From Candidatus Zixiibacteriota bacterium (GTDB lineage: Bacteria; Zixibacteria; MSB-5A5; GN15; JAAZOE01): a DNA stretch of 64,000 nucleotides. Below are positions 10,493 through 19,798 of this stretch, one piece after another. The notes under the pieces are model-generated. The model was not told the DNA's origin. It did not search any database and worked only from the letters and a program-made list of their open reading frames with translations. The position numbers were made by a program, and so were the translations under genes. Position 1 is the first letter of the stretch. Every line of letters starts with the position of its first letter. The DNA is taken from positions 4,292,855 to 4,356,854 of the forward strand of contig JAWLBI010000001.1 in assembly GCA_041394985.1 (NCBI GenBank). Reading direction: 5' to 3'.

Positions 10493-11479
10493 CTAAGTTG
10501 CGGGGACTCGTTTGACGGACAGTTTGGAATTCTCCGTAATATCCATCGCCGATTCCAGAGCCACAATGGCTACCTCGATCTGATCGAGGCTCGGCTCTTT
10601 GGTCGTAATGGTTTGCAGCCACAGTCCGGGGGCGATGAGCAACTGGGTAATTTTTGAATCACGGGTCCGCCCCGAGAGTTTCAAGAGCTCATATGAGCCG
10701 CCGGCGACGAGCGGGAGAAGCGAGAAATGAATACCGAAGCGAACCAGAAGTGTCGGGGCCTCGCCGGTCACGATTGCAAAAATCGTATCTGAAATGGAAT
10801 AGATGAGAATCGCGAACAAGGCGACGATTAATATAAAACTGGTTCCGCAGCGAGGATGGCGGCGCGGATAATTCGACACTTCTTCGGGGACCATTCTGGC
10901 CCCGGATTCGAAGGCAAAAATCGATTTATGCTCGGCGCCGTGATAGGCGAAGACGCGCTTGAAATCGCCGATAAAGGAAATGCCCCAGACATAGGCGAGG
11001 AATAACACGACGCGAATAACCCCGGCAACGAGGTTGAAAGCGAGGGCATCCTTGTTGATATTCAGAAACGTGGAAATGGCAAGGGGCAGGAAAAAGAATA
11101 CGGTGATACCGAGGGCCAGGGCAAAAACGACCGTCCCGGCCAGCATGACCGAATTAGTTTTCTTCTTCTCTTTTTCCTTGTATACTTCGCCGTTCTTTGC
11201 GGCTTCTTCCTTCTCGATTTCAACGACCGCGATATCGGCGGAGAAATTGAGAGATTTGATGCCGATGACCAGCATCTCCAGGAAAGAAACGGCCCCCCGG
11301 ATTACCGGCAGGCCGAGAACTTTATATTTCTTGGTTAACGAGATAAACTCGTCGGTTTTCACTTTTATTTCGCCGGATGGGACTCTGACGGCTGTTGCGA
11401 TACGATCGTCCGACCGCATCATCACGCCCTCAATCACTGCTTGTCCGCCCACTGCCAGATCGGGCATGGTGTCTCCCAC
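10493..11479 (-). CDS. DUF1385 (YqhQ-like) membrane protein
   Basis: 328 aa. HGAEHK motif plus C-terminal TM helices. It occupies the position this family usually holds, between rpmE and prfA. Confidence 0.55.
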   Translation of the reverse strand: MGDTMPDLAVGGQAVIEGVMMRSDDRIATAVRVPSGEIKVKTDEFISLTKKYKVLGLPVIRGAVSFLEMLVIGIKSLNFSADIAVVEIEKEEAAKNGEVYKEKEKKKTNSVMLAGTVVFALALGITVFFFLPLAISTFLNINKDALAFNLVAGVIRVVLFLAYVWGISFIGDFKRVFAYHGAEHKSIFAFESGARMVPEEVSNYPRRHPRCGTSFILIVALFAILIYSISDTIFAIVTGEAPTLLVRFGIHFSLLPLVAGGSYELLKLSGRTRDSKITQLLIAPGLWLQTITTKEPSLDQIEVAIVALESAMDITENSKLSVKRVPAT

Positions 11480-11560
11480 GCATCTTGTTAATGAACGTTT
11501 ACCTTAACATACTACATTTACTAATAGTACGAAAGGACGGCGGCGAATGGTGAGAAGAAA

Positions 11561-11773
11561 CTATTTCTTTTTCTTATCGAGATTGTATTTCTGGCGGAAC
11601 CGTTCGACGCGACCAGCGGTGTCGACCAGTTTCTGCTTACCGGTGAAGAACGGATGGCAGTTCGCGCAGATTTCAACCTTGATGTCTTTCGATGTCGAGC
11701 GAGTTTCGATGACACTTCCACAGGCGCAGGTTATCGTCGTCGGCTCGTATTTCGGATGAATCTTTTCTTTCAT
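11561..11773 (-). CDS. rpmE: 50S ribosomal protein L31
   Basis: MKEKIHPKY...C-x-C...C-x-x-C-H zinc-ribbon L31 signature. The true start is the internal Met of the 106-aa ORF (ATG at 11771-11773 on the minus strand), giving 70 aa. Confidence 0.88.
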   Translation of the reverse strand: MKEKIHPKYEPTTITCACGSVIETRSTSKDIKVEICANCHPFFTGKQKLVDTAGRVERFRQKYNLDKKKK

Positions 11774-12023
11774 GCTCCAAAACCTTCTTTCTAACTTCCA
11801 TTGTGCAAAGCTTTTACGCAAATGCAGACGGACAATATAATACTTTTCGACAAAAAGACAAGCAAATTGACGATCCCCCATTGTTAAAAATTCAGGAACA
11901 TCAGGGGGCTGCTTGCGGTGAAGTGATTAGCGTATCGCCTTATAAATCAATCGGTTATGAGGACCGACGGCTATTTGTGATGTCTGGGATCGAATTATTT
12001 CTTATATTTCATGAAATGGAGAC

Positions 12024-12392
12024 ATGTCTATGCTGACGAATTCATCCCGGTATTTTCGACGAATCAGAAACTGGTGCCTGAAACAGGAAATGGTAACGGA
12101 GGAGTATCCCTGGGAGTGTATCGTCTATAAAGTCAATGGCAAGGTGTTCGCCATTTGCAGTTCCGAGACACCGCTTGGAATCACCCTCAAACCGGAAAAG
12201 GAGCATCTGGACGGATATCTCTATCATCCCGACGTCGACATCGCCAGTCATGTCGGACGGTTCGGGTGGATTACCGTCACGGTGCATGATAAGGCGTCGG
12301 CCGATTTGGCATTTGCATTGATACAGGAGAGTTATGCCGTCGTCGTAAAAAAACACTTCAGAAAACTGTATCGAAAGCTCTTTGCCGAGTAG
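12024..12392 (+). CDS. MmcQ/YjbR family DNA-binding protein
   Basis: 122 aa. The pattern of conserved hydrophobic and aromatic residues (KVFA...LK...W..V) matches the YjbR family. Confidence 0.45.
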   Translation: MSMLTNSSRYFRRIRNWCLKQEMVTEEYPWECIVYKVNGKVFAICSSETPLGITLKPEKEHLDGYLYHPDVDIASHVGRFGWITVTVHDKASADLAFALIQESYAVVVKKHFRKLYRKLFAE

Positions 12393-12589
12393 AATAATGC
12401 TATCGGTACATCGCGAATGTAATAATCGCTTGCAAGATTTTCTATCCTCGTCTATATTATGATAATTACAGGAAGAGGTTCCCCTGTAATCCCTCACCTC
12501 GCACAGGTGTATTGATTTTCGCATCGCCGCAATCATGCAGTTCGTTATTTCACATTATCCTTGCAAGCGCATGTTTTAGGAGGGGAGCT

Positions 12590-13369
12590 ATGTCTCACAA
12601 GCTTATCGTATTTCTCGTGGTAACGTTGTTATTAGTCGCTTTCGCCGGAGATATTTCGGCCAAGGCTCTCGCCCGCTGGGTCGGTCCGATCGCCTATACG
12701 GGGGCTCACACTCGTGTCATCGGTGTAAAGTTCTGCGACGATGAGGAAATTTACCCGTTCACGACATCGAATCTCCCGATTCAGGCCTACTGTGAAAGTA
12801 TACGACCGGATTGGAAACAAGGCGGAGCCGTGGCGTATGCGTATTGTGATACGACCGCGACCGGGCGCAAAATTCAATGGGCATTCGCGCATTCCTGGGG
12901 CGTACTGGCCTGGGCAGGCAAATCGGCCGGCGATACGACGCGCTGTAGTACTCAGGTGATCTCATCAATCGACGCGGGACATCTTAGTATGGATGTTTAC
13001 GGTTCATTGTCATCGGTTGATCAGAAGCAAGGGGCTATTTTGCGACTCGATGTCACAGCCGGCGCGGATACTATTTTCAGCGGCCGAGCGGAATTGCGCG
13101 GCGCACCTGACGAATTGACCGCAAGTGGCGATTTCACCGTAGGCGATTTTTCCGTTGTCGGAAACGCGGTTGAAATGGAGCGAACATTTGCGGGCATTGA
13201 CGTATCCGCTTACAACCCGGATGATATTCAAATAGAGATAACCTCGGATGCGCAATCGTATATGCGGGTTCCTTCGACGACACCGTATGGGTTACTCATT
13301 CTCATCGGCCTGCTTGCCCTCACGGCGGCCTTCCTGGTGTTGAGGAGGTATCGCATCGCACGAATATAA
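12590..13369 (+). CDS. secreted 4-Cys protein with C-terminal TM anchor and RRYRIA tail (paralog A)
   Basis: The likely true start is the internal ATG at 12590, preceded by AGGAGG. Signal peptide, four conserved Cys, and C-terminal VPSTTPYG, then a hydrophobic helix, then RRYRIARI. It is a paralog of 13731..14504. Confidence 0.6.
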   Translation: MSHKLIVFLVVTLLLVAFAGDISAKALARWVGPIAYTGAHTRVIGVKFCDDEEIYPFTTSNLPIQAYCESIRPDWKQGGAVAYAYCDTTATGRKIQWAFAHSWGVLAWAGKSAGDTTRCSTQVISSIDAGHLSMDVYGSLSSVDQKQGAILRLDVTAGADTIFSGRAELRGAPDELTASGDFTVGDFSVVGNAVEMERTFAGIDVSAYNPDDIQIEITSDAQSYMRVPSTTPYGLLILIGLLALTAAFLVLRRYRIARI

Positions 13370-13426
13370 ACCGACGCGCCCTGACTGAATGGGGTGTCGC
13401 CGGAGCTTAATCAATCCCACGACATC

Positions 13427-13465
13427 GCCGCCGCCCGAGTAAATCGGGCGGCGGTTTTATATTTG
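13427..13465 (+). terminator. rho-independent terminator after paralog A
   Basis: Stem GCCGCCGCCCGA...TCGGGCGGCGG followed by TTTTATATTT. A second hairpin (GGCAGATGT/ACATCTGCC) lies immediately downstream. Confidence 0.65.
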
Positions 13466-13730
13466 TGGGCGGCAGATGTCCACATCTGCCAACTCTTGAC
13501 CTAAGCATAGCCTGCACCGTGAACGTTTTATATCATTATAAGTAGCACAATATAATATTAATAAATGCTTGCATATTTCTTTATATATATGTATGATACG
13601 AATGTCGAACACAAACATCTTTGCCATTCCCAGCCTCACACAATACAACACTACGTTCAAACCGCCGCTTAATATAGTGCAGTAATTTTTACGCACTTGA
13701 CACAGGCATGAAACATCGAGGAGGAGCCGT

Positions 13731-14504
13731 ATGTTTAAGAAGTTCTCAGCAATTTTATTCTGTTGCTTTTTACTATTCGTCATTGCAGGCAATATACAGG
13801 CCGGTGCCAAAGCCACATGGATCGGCCCAAACGCGGATGTTGAAGTTGACGCATCGGCATTAGGACAGAAGTTATGTGTCGATGCGGATTCCTATCCCGA
13901 TCCCAATCCGGGTTTACCGATTACCGCCGAATGTGAAGTGAATCGCCCGGCGCCTCAATTCGGTGGGGCGCTATCATTTGCCCGTTGTAATGAAACGTCT
14001 CCCCGAAAACAATTATTTGCCGTTGCGAAGGCATGGGGATTTCGCACTTCAGCCGACAAGTCTTTAACCGACACAACCAGTTGTAGCACATATGTGTCAT
14101 ATGAGATAATCGGTGGAATACTTAACATGGATGTAGTCGGTTATTTGTATTCAATAGACCCGCAACAAACTGCCATCATTCGACTAACAGTTTCATCCCA
14201 GGGAAATTCCATATTTAATGGATTGGCAACGCTAAGGGGTTCTACTGATAATTTGACTACGAATGGGGATTTTACAAATGCACACTTTATTCTGATAGCC
14301 GACTCGGCCCTGATCGGTGTTCCCTTTAATGGAATAGACGTATCCGCATATAACGTGGAGACGATTAAGGTGGAATTGACCGTAAATGCCCACTCCTACA
14401 TCAAAACTCCATCATCATCCTATTACGGGAAAATCGCGCTAATACTTTTAATGGCGCTCACGGCAGTTTTTTTAGTTTTCCGAAAATACAGGATAGCTGC
14501 TTGA
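13731..14504 (+). CDS. secreted 4-Cys protein with C-terminal TM anchor and RKYRIAA tail (paralog B)
   Basis: RBS GAGGAGG. Signal peptide ending IQAGAKA. Cys positions aligned with paralog A. C-terminal TPSSSYYG, then TM helix, then RKYRIAA. Confidence 0.6.
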   Translation: MFKKFSAILFCCFLLFVIAGNIQAGAKATWIGPNADVEVDASALGQKLCVDADSYPDPNPGLPITAECEVNRPAPQFGGALSFARCNETSPRKQLFAVAKAWGFRTSADKSLTDTTSCSTYVSYEIIGGILNMDVVGYLYSIDPQQTAIIRLTVSSQGNSIFNGLATLRGSTDNLTTNGDFTNAHFILIADSALIGVPFNGIDVSAYNVETIKVELTVNAHSYIKTPSSSYYGKIALILLMALTAVFLVFRKYRIAA

Positions 14505-14542
14505 TTACAAAAGGGCGACTGGCCTGACTAACCGGCGGTGAG

Positions 14543-15469
14543 TCAGGAATCGAGCAGTTTCCAGAGGGAGCCGTTGACCGACGCCAGTCGGTCGGCGGCT
14601 TCTTGTTTTGAGAGGCTCAGGCGATGCATCGCGATCGCCGTTTTGACCGATCCACCGGATGATTCGATCAGGGCGTCCGCGGCCTCGAAATCGATATCCA
14701 ACAATTCCATCAAAATCTTGCGCGACCGGGCGACTAATTTATCCGAGGTCGCCTTGAGGTCGACCATCAGATTGCCATAGCATTTCCCGAGCAGAATCAT
14801 CGCGGTCGTCGAAATCATATTGAGCGTCATCTTCTGGGCGGTACCGGATTTCATGCGCGTCGAGCCGGTAATAACCTCGGATCCGACCAGCAATTCGATT
14901 AGATAATCCGGTCGAACCGCAAGGTCATCTGCCTTGTTGCAGACGATCATTGCCGTTTTCGCGCCGATTCGTTTGGCATACTCGATACCGGCCAGCGTAT
15001 ACGGCGTGCGAATGGAAGCCGCCAGACCGATGAGAAAATCCTCGCTGCTGAATGCAAATTTTTTCAAATCATGCGGCGCCTCGTCGGCCCGGTCTTCTAT
15101 CCCCTCTTTGGATAACACCAGTGTATCCCGTCCGCCGGCGATAACACCGGTGACGAGAGCTGGATCGGCGCCGAAGGTCGGCGGTATTTCCGATGCATCC
15201 AGGACACCCAGACGCCCGGATGTGCCTGCTCCGATATAAAATAACCGCCCGCCGTTTCGCATAACGGCAGCAACCGCCTCGGCCGTTGCGGCAATGTTAT
15301 CGATTTGTCGCTCGACAGCGGCGGCAACGGTTTTGTCCTCATCGTTGATGATGCGGCAAATATCGACCGCCGCCAGGCGGTCGATATGCAGACTTTTTGG
15401 ATTGGGGCTTTCCGTGGAAAGCCGATTGAGGTGCCCGAGGAGTTCTTTTGCCTTCGCTTTGTCGCTCAT
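14543..15469 (-). CDS. murQ: N-acetylmuramic acid 6-phosphate etherase
   Basis: SIS domain with the MurQ signature (FYIGAGTSGRLGVLDASE). 308 aa. Confidence 0.85.
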   Translation of the reverse strand: MSDKAKAKELLGHLNRLSTESPNPKSLHIDRLAAVDICRIINDEDKTVAAAVERQIDNIAATAEAVAAVMRNGGRLFYIGAGTSGRLGVLDASEIPPTFGADPALVTGVIAGGRDTLVLSKEGIEDRADEAPHDLKKFAFSSEDFLIGLAASIRTPYTLAGIEYAKRIGAKTAMIVCNKADDLAVRPDYLIELLVGSEVITGSTRMKSGTAQKMTLNMISTTAMILLGKCYGNLMVDLKATSDKLVARSRKILMELLDIDFEAADALIESSGGSVKTAIAMHRLSLSKQEAADRLASVNGSLWKLLDS

Positions 15470-16215
15470 GGATTTGATACGGATATGGAATCCGGTAGTC
15501 CGATAACGATGCCGGCCGCTCGACCGGAAATATTCGACCCGGAAATATTATCACCCGGAATCAGGAGTTTCGGCAGGTCGAACGGAATGAATGTATTGGC
15601 AATCGGTGCGCCGTTATATGCGGCGACATAAATCATGTGCATGCCGATAATGCGATCGTTGACACCCAACTCGAACGCCTCACTCGGAATCGTGCCGTTA
15701 TTAACCGCCACGTATGCACTGTACCCGGTATCGACCGATGCGCTCGCGGGCGGCATCGTGGCCAGGATAAATCCATCGGCATTGGCGCCGCCGGTCCAGC
15801 TGACTGCCTCGGCGCTGCCGGTGTAAAACCGGAATCCGGTATTGGTAATAATCGGCGCTCCGGCCAATCGAATACTTATGGCTCTATCCAATAATGTCGA
15901 ATCGACCAGCGACAGCGTATAGACGGCATTAACCGGAATCGTTCCGGCGCCATACGTCTGGTAATATCCGATGGTATTCGTTTCGAGGGTATCGTTATTG
16001 AGCGCCACGGTAGCGGTCGTAATTGTGTCGCCGTTTCGAGTCAGCAAAACATCGATTCTGGCGGTGTCCGTCTGGACATTCTTCACCAGCGTGGCATAGA
16101 CGACGTACGTATCTTTTGTTCCGCCGCCGGTCAAATCGCCGCCACAACCGACCAGCCCGAGAATGAGGGCCAGAATCGGTATCACGAAGAGAACTGTTTT
16201 CTTTTCCATACTCAT
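15466..16215 (-). CDS. hypothetical lipoprotein
   Basis: The N-terminus MSMEKKTVLFVIPILALILGLVGCGG has a lipobox. Its stop overlaps the murQ start (ATGA). Confidence 0.5.
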   Translation of the reverse strand: MSMEKKTVLFVIPILALILGLVGCGGDLTGGGTKDTYVVYATLVKNVQTDTARIDVLLTRNGDTITTATVALNNDTLETNTIGYYQTYGAGTIPVNAVYTLSLVDSTLLDRAISIRLAGAPIITNTGFRFYTGSAEAVSWTGGANADGFILATMPPASASVDTGYSAYVAVNNGTIPSEAFELGVNDRIIGMHMIYVAAYNGAPIANTFIPFDLPKLLIPGDNISGSNISGRAAGIVIGLPDSISVSNP

Positions 16216-16345
16216 AGTATCGGAAGCCGTCCCTGCTCAGTTTACCTTTTTATACTACAGAGTTAACGCCTTAATTGCAAACAAATTACTCTCCGCTATT
16301 CTTTTTTATTGCTCGGATTGCGCCGGGCCGTTACTTTATCGAATT

Positions 16346-17275
16346 ATGACTAAACAAACCAAAGAAACCATCAAGACTTCCGCGGTTATTGTCATTGTAC
16401 TGCTGGGGGTCTTTTTCCTCTGGATTTATCCGCTCAATCAGGCCGGAAAAATAATTGAGCGCCCCGAGGAATCTTCTTCTCTTATTGATCTCTCCGAACA
16501 CGGACTCATCGGTGAGGATTTTAAGATTCTGACCGAGGATAACCTCAGCATGTCGGGGTTTTATATTCAGGCGAATCTCGATTCGGCAGCGGCCCAACCG
16601 GCGGGAACCGTTGTTTTACTCCATGGGTTGTTCTCAGACATGTCATCGCAAATCGATAAGGCCAAAGTACTGGCCGACCTCGGATATAACTGCGCCATCT
16701 ACGACCAGCGAGGATTCGGACAGAGCGACGGTGAATTCCGCTCCGGAGGCTATTACGAGGCCAATGATTTGCACACGCTGCTGACTCGTATGGAACTGGA
16801 GGACCGCCTTGTTCACCCAATCGTCTTATGGGGCGAGGATCACGGCGGGACGGCCGCAATTCGTACCGCAAATGAATTATCGAATGTCGATTTCTGTATC
16901 GCCGAGAATCCGGTTGTCGACGGTATTGACTGGGAGAAACGCGTAATAAAGGCCCGCGATATGTCCGCGCCCGATTTCTATCTTTCATTCATCTGGTGGT
17001 GGATGAAGCAGACTTCCAGCTATGAAATCAGTCTCGACGAATCGGATGTGTCGGATGCCTTCGGCATGGTGACTGAGAAAAAACCGAACGGATTGCTAAT
17101 CATCGCCGCCGGCGCCGGCAATACGCCGATCAATGAGAAACTGGCGGAACTGCAGGGCCTCGGTGGAAACTGGCTGGTCGTGCCTGCAGGCGATAATCTG
17201 TTTACTGAAAACCAGGAAGTTGTCATGGATCGTTTTGTGACCATGATGAAACCGAGTGAAACGCCGGTAGAGTAA
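16346..17275 (+). CDS. alpha/beta-hydrolase fold protein with N-terminal TM helix; putative Asp-nucleophile (GEDHGG) type
   Basis: The likely start is ATG 16346 (MTKQTKE...), followed by a TM helix. Contains HGLFSD...YDQRGFGQSDG and a nucleophile-elbow-like WGEDHGG, reminiscent of the GHDWGG elbow of epoxide hydrolases and dehalogenases. Confidence 0.5.
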   Translation: MTKQTKETIKTSAVIVIVLLGVFFLWIYPLNQAGKIIERPEESSSLIDLSEHGLIGEDFKILTEDNLSMSGFYIQANLDSAAAQPAGTVVLLHGLFSDMSSQIDKAKVLADLGYNCAIYDQRGFGQSDGEFRSGGYYEANDLHTLLTRMELEDRLVHPIVLWGEDHGGTAAIRTANELSNVDFCIAENPVVDGIDWEKRVIKARDMSAPDFYLSFIWWWMKQTSSYEISLDESDVSDAFGMVTEKKPNGLLIIAAGAGNTPINEKLAELQGLGGNWLVVPAGDNLFTENQEVVMDRFVTMMKPSETPVE

Positions 17276-17302
17276 GCAACCTGCCGGCGACAGGCCATTT
17301 AT

Positions 17303-18199
17303 CTATTCGATAAACAGGAGCGCTACGCCTGCGATGGCGACAATGGCTCCGACAACCGACCGCATGGTCGGTTTTTCTTTGTGGACAATCATAGTTAGCG
17401 GTATCACGATAATCGGAAAAGTCGACATGATCGTTGCAGCTATTCCGGCATGAGTATGCTTGACGGCGACAAGCGACATCCAGACACCGATAGTCGGCCC
17501 GACAAACGCCGCGCCCATCAGAGTAAACAGCGCCTTTTTATCCGTCAGGTGTGTCATTGTCGTCACGATTTCCCGCCGAAAGGCGGCGATAATCCAGATC
17601 CCGAGTGATGAGGCTACCATGCGAATAAATGTCGCCGACAGTGGATCGAACGAATCGCCCATCGCCTCCTTGGCAATAATCAATCCGAATGATTGCCCGG
17701 CTGCTCCGAATACTCCCATGAGGACACCGAAGGCCTTGGAGCCCTCCCGGTTATCCATCCTGTCGTCTTTTTTATCCGTAGTCACCCAAGCGACACCGGC
17801 GAGCGTGATGATGAGTCCGAGAATGGCGAGCAGTCCGAGTCGCTCATCGAGAAAAAAGAATGCGGCTATCGCTGTAATCGGCGGCGACAGCGATTCCAAT
17901 AGGGCGCCTCGGCGGGGCCCAAGAATCACCAGGCAGCGGAAATAACAGGTATCGCCGATGATGAGGCCGATAATGCCGGAGAGGGTCAACAGGATCGTGG
18001 TGCGGCTGTCTATCCCGGTCGGAAAAAAACTGCCGTGCATGACAAGCAGGAGCGTCCCCAGAAAAACGGCCGACATCGGAATGCGCAGCTTATTGACATT
18101 GTACGACCCGATTCGCCTGCCGGCTGCGGCAAAGAGGAGTGTGCCGCCTCCCCAGCAAAAGGCCGTGGTCAATGCAGCCATTTCACCAAGCAGTTCCAC
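17303..18199 (-). CDS. EamA/DMT family transporter
   Basis: 298 aa with about 10 TM helices. N-terminal TAFCWGG motif typical of EamA. Confidence 0.7.
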   Translation of the reverse strand: MELLGEMAALTTAFCWGGGTLLFAAAGRRIGSYNVNKLRIPMSAVFLGTLLLVMHGSFFPTGIDSRTTILLTLSGIIGLIIGDTCYFRCLVILGPRRGALLESLSPPITAIAAFFFLDERLGLLAILGLIITLAGVAWVTTDKKDDRMDNREGSKAFGVLMGVFGAAGQSFGLIIAKEAMGDSFDPLSATFIRMVASSLGIWIIAAFRREIVTTMTHLTDKKALFTLMGAAFVGPTIGVWMSLVAVKHTHAGIAATIMSTFPIIVIPLTMIVHKEKPTMRSVVGAIVAIAGVALLFIE

Positions 18200-18217
18200 C
18201 GTATCTTGCTCCCTGCC

Positions 18218-19369
18218 TTATGAAAGGGCCGCCGATTCGAGCCCCTCGATGAGGCGAGCGATATCGTCGAAATTGTTGAAAACGTGGACCGATACGCGAA
18301 TCGAACCCTCGCGCAAAGCGATCATGATTTTCATCTTCTGTAGATGGGTGAATACCGAGCGGATATCGCCGGATGTTGTCGTAAAGGTCAGAATACCGCT
18401 GCGCGCGGCCGGTGTTAAATCGCTCGTTATTGTATAGGCGGGATTTGATTCCAAATAAGTAATCAGTCTGTCCAGCAGGGCATGATTGTGCGCCTGTATG
18501 TTCTCGGTTCCTATCTCAGTCAGGAATTTGATCGATTCATCCATGCCGAGCATAATCGGTACCGGATATGTCCCAAGCTCGAACTGCCGAGCTGTTTTCG
18601 GGTATGCCCTTCCATAATCATTCAGGTTAGTCCAGTCGCACTTCCAATCGATGCTGAGCCAGCTCCGCCACGGCGGTCGAATAACTGATTGCATCTCTTT
18701 TGAAATAAAATATAATCCTGTCCCCTGCGAGGACAGTAGCCACTTCTGCGCTCCGGCCGATGCGATATCGACACCCCACTCGTTCAATCTCAACGGTTCT
18801 ACACCGGCGCCCTGTATGGCATCGACGACGAAATACATGCCGTTGGCCTTGCAGATTTCGCCGATGGCCTTGAGATCACTTTTGTAGCCATTGAAGAATT
18901 GCACGAATGACACCGAAAGGCATTTCGTATTTTTCGTGATGGCCTTCCGTAGTTCATCGATAGAAAAACAGCGATTAATGCTTTTGATAAACTTTACATT
19001 GATGCCCCGATTGCGCAGTTCCAGCCAGGGATAGACATTTGTCGGAAAATCGACATCGGAGAGCAGCACTTCGTCCCCGGCTTCCAATGGCAATCCGAAT
19101 GCCGCGAGGTTAATTCCGAATGTCGTGTTGAATCCGAATCCGACTTCATCGGGAGAACAGCCGAAAATCCTTGCTCCGTTGGCGCTGATCGATGTGAGTG
19201 ATTCGAAAACGTTTTCCTGCGCACCGATCATGGCATGCCGCGATGTCGACAGGCTGCCATTTAATACCTCATATGCGCGATTCGGCATCGGACCGTTCGA
19301 GGCGACATTGAAATACGTGCGCTCTGTCGTATGCGGAAATTGTGCGCGGAGTTCGGTGGTACCGAGCAT
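18218..19369 (-). CDS. aminotransferase class V-fold PLP-dependent enzyme
   Basis: 383 aa. Candidate PLP-lysine region SAGAQKW...GTG. Resembles the cysteine desulfurase / isopenicillin-N-epimerase fold type. Confidence 0.6.
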   Translation of the reverse strand: MLGTTELRAQFPHTTERTYFNVASNGPMPNRAYEVLNGSLSTSRHAMIGAQENVFESLTSISANGARIFGCSPDEVGFGFNTTFGINLAAFGLPLEAGDEVLLSDVDFPTNVYPWLELRNRGINVKFIKSINRCFSIDELRKAITKNTKCLSVSFVQFFNGYKSDLKAIGEICKANGMYFVVDAIQGAGVEPLRLNEWGVDIASAGAQKWLLSSQGTGLYFISKEMQSVIRPPWRSWLSIDWKCDWTNLNDYGRAYPKTARQFELGTYPVPIMLGMDESIKFLTEIGTENIQAHNHALLDRLITYLESNPAYTITSDLTPAARSGILTFTTTSGDIRSVFTHLQKMKIMIALREGSIRVSVHVFNNFDDIARLIEGLESAALS

Positions 19370-19378
19370 GGCGACTCC

Positions 19379-19798
19379 TTATAAAATATATAAATACCCG
19401 ATGATGCCGTATATCAGAAGCAATTTGAGCAGATACCCGGCCAGTTGAAACAGAATATATGAGACGGGAAGTTTGACCCGCATGAGTATCGCCACCGTGA
19501 ATGGCATGATACCAAGGATAAACAGAACCAGGGCCACCGCCATACCGGCGCGAATGCCATAGAATGGAATCATGACATAAAACCAGCTGTATGCGGCGGT
19601 CGGCACGATGACGATAAAGGCGAACTGCATGATGAATTTGGATATAAAATAGCCGAGACCGGTTTCCTCAAGAAGCTCTTCCGGGAGCTTGTTGAGCAGG
19701 TTGAGTCGCTTCTCCAGTTGATACCAGATGACCTCGAAGATAAACAGCGCACCTCCGGCCCAGATGAGCGAGGTTATCAGCAGTTGCAAACTTATCAT
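19379..19798 (-). CDS. hypothetical integral membrane protein
   Basis: Four predicted TM helices. The start was chosen at the internal Met so the overlap with the upstream gene is ATGA. Confidence 0.4.
   Translation of the reverse strand: MISLQLLITSLIWAGGALFIFEVIWYQLEKRLNLLNKLPEELLEETGLGYFISKFIMQFAFIVIVPTAAYSWFYVMIPFYGIRAGMAVALVLFILGIMPFTVAILMRVKLPVSYILFQLAGYLLKLLLIYGIIGYLYIL

Noticed and set aside
12042-12536. 164-aa minus-strand ORF overlapping the MmcQ/YjbR-like gene
   Set aside because: It overlaps the plus-strand gene completely and extends into the upstream palindromic leader. No RBS and an atypical composition. Judged spurious.
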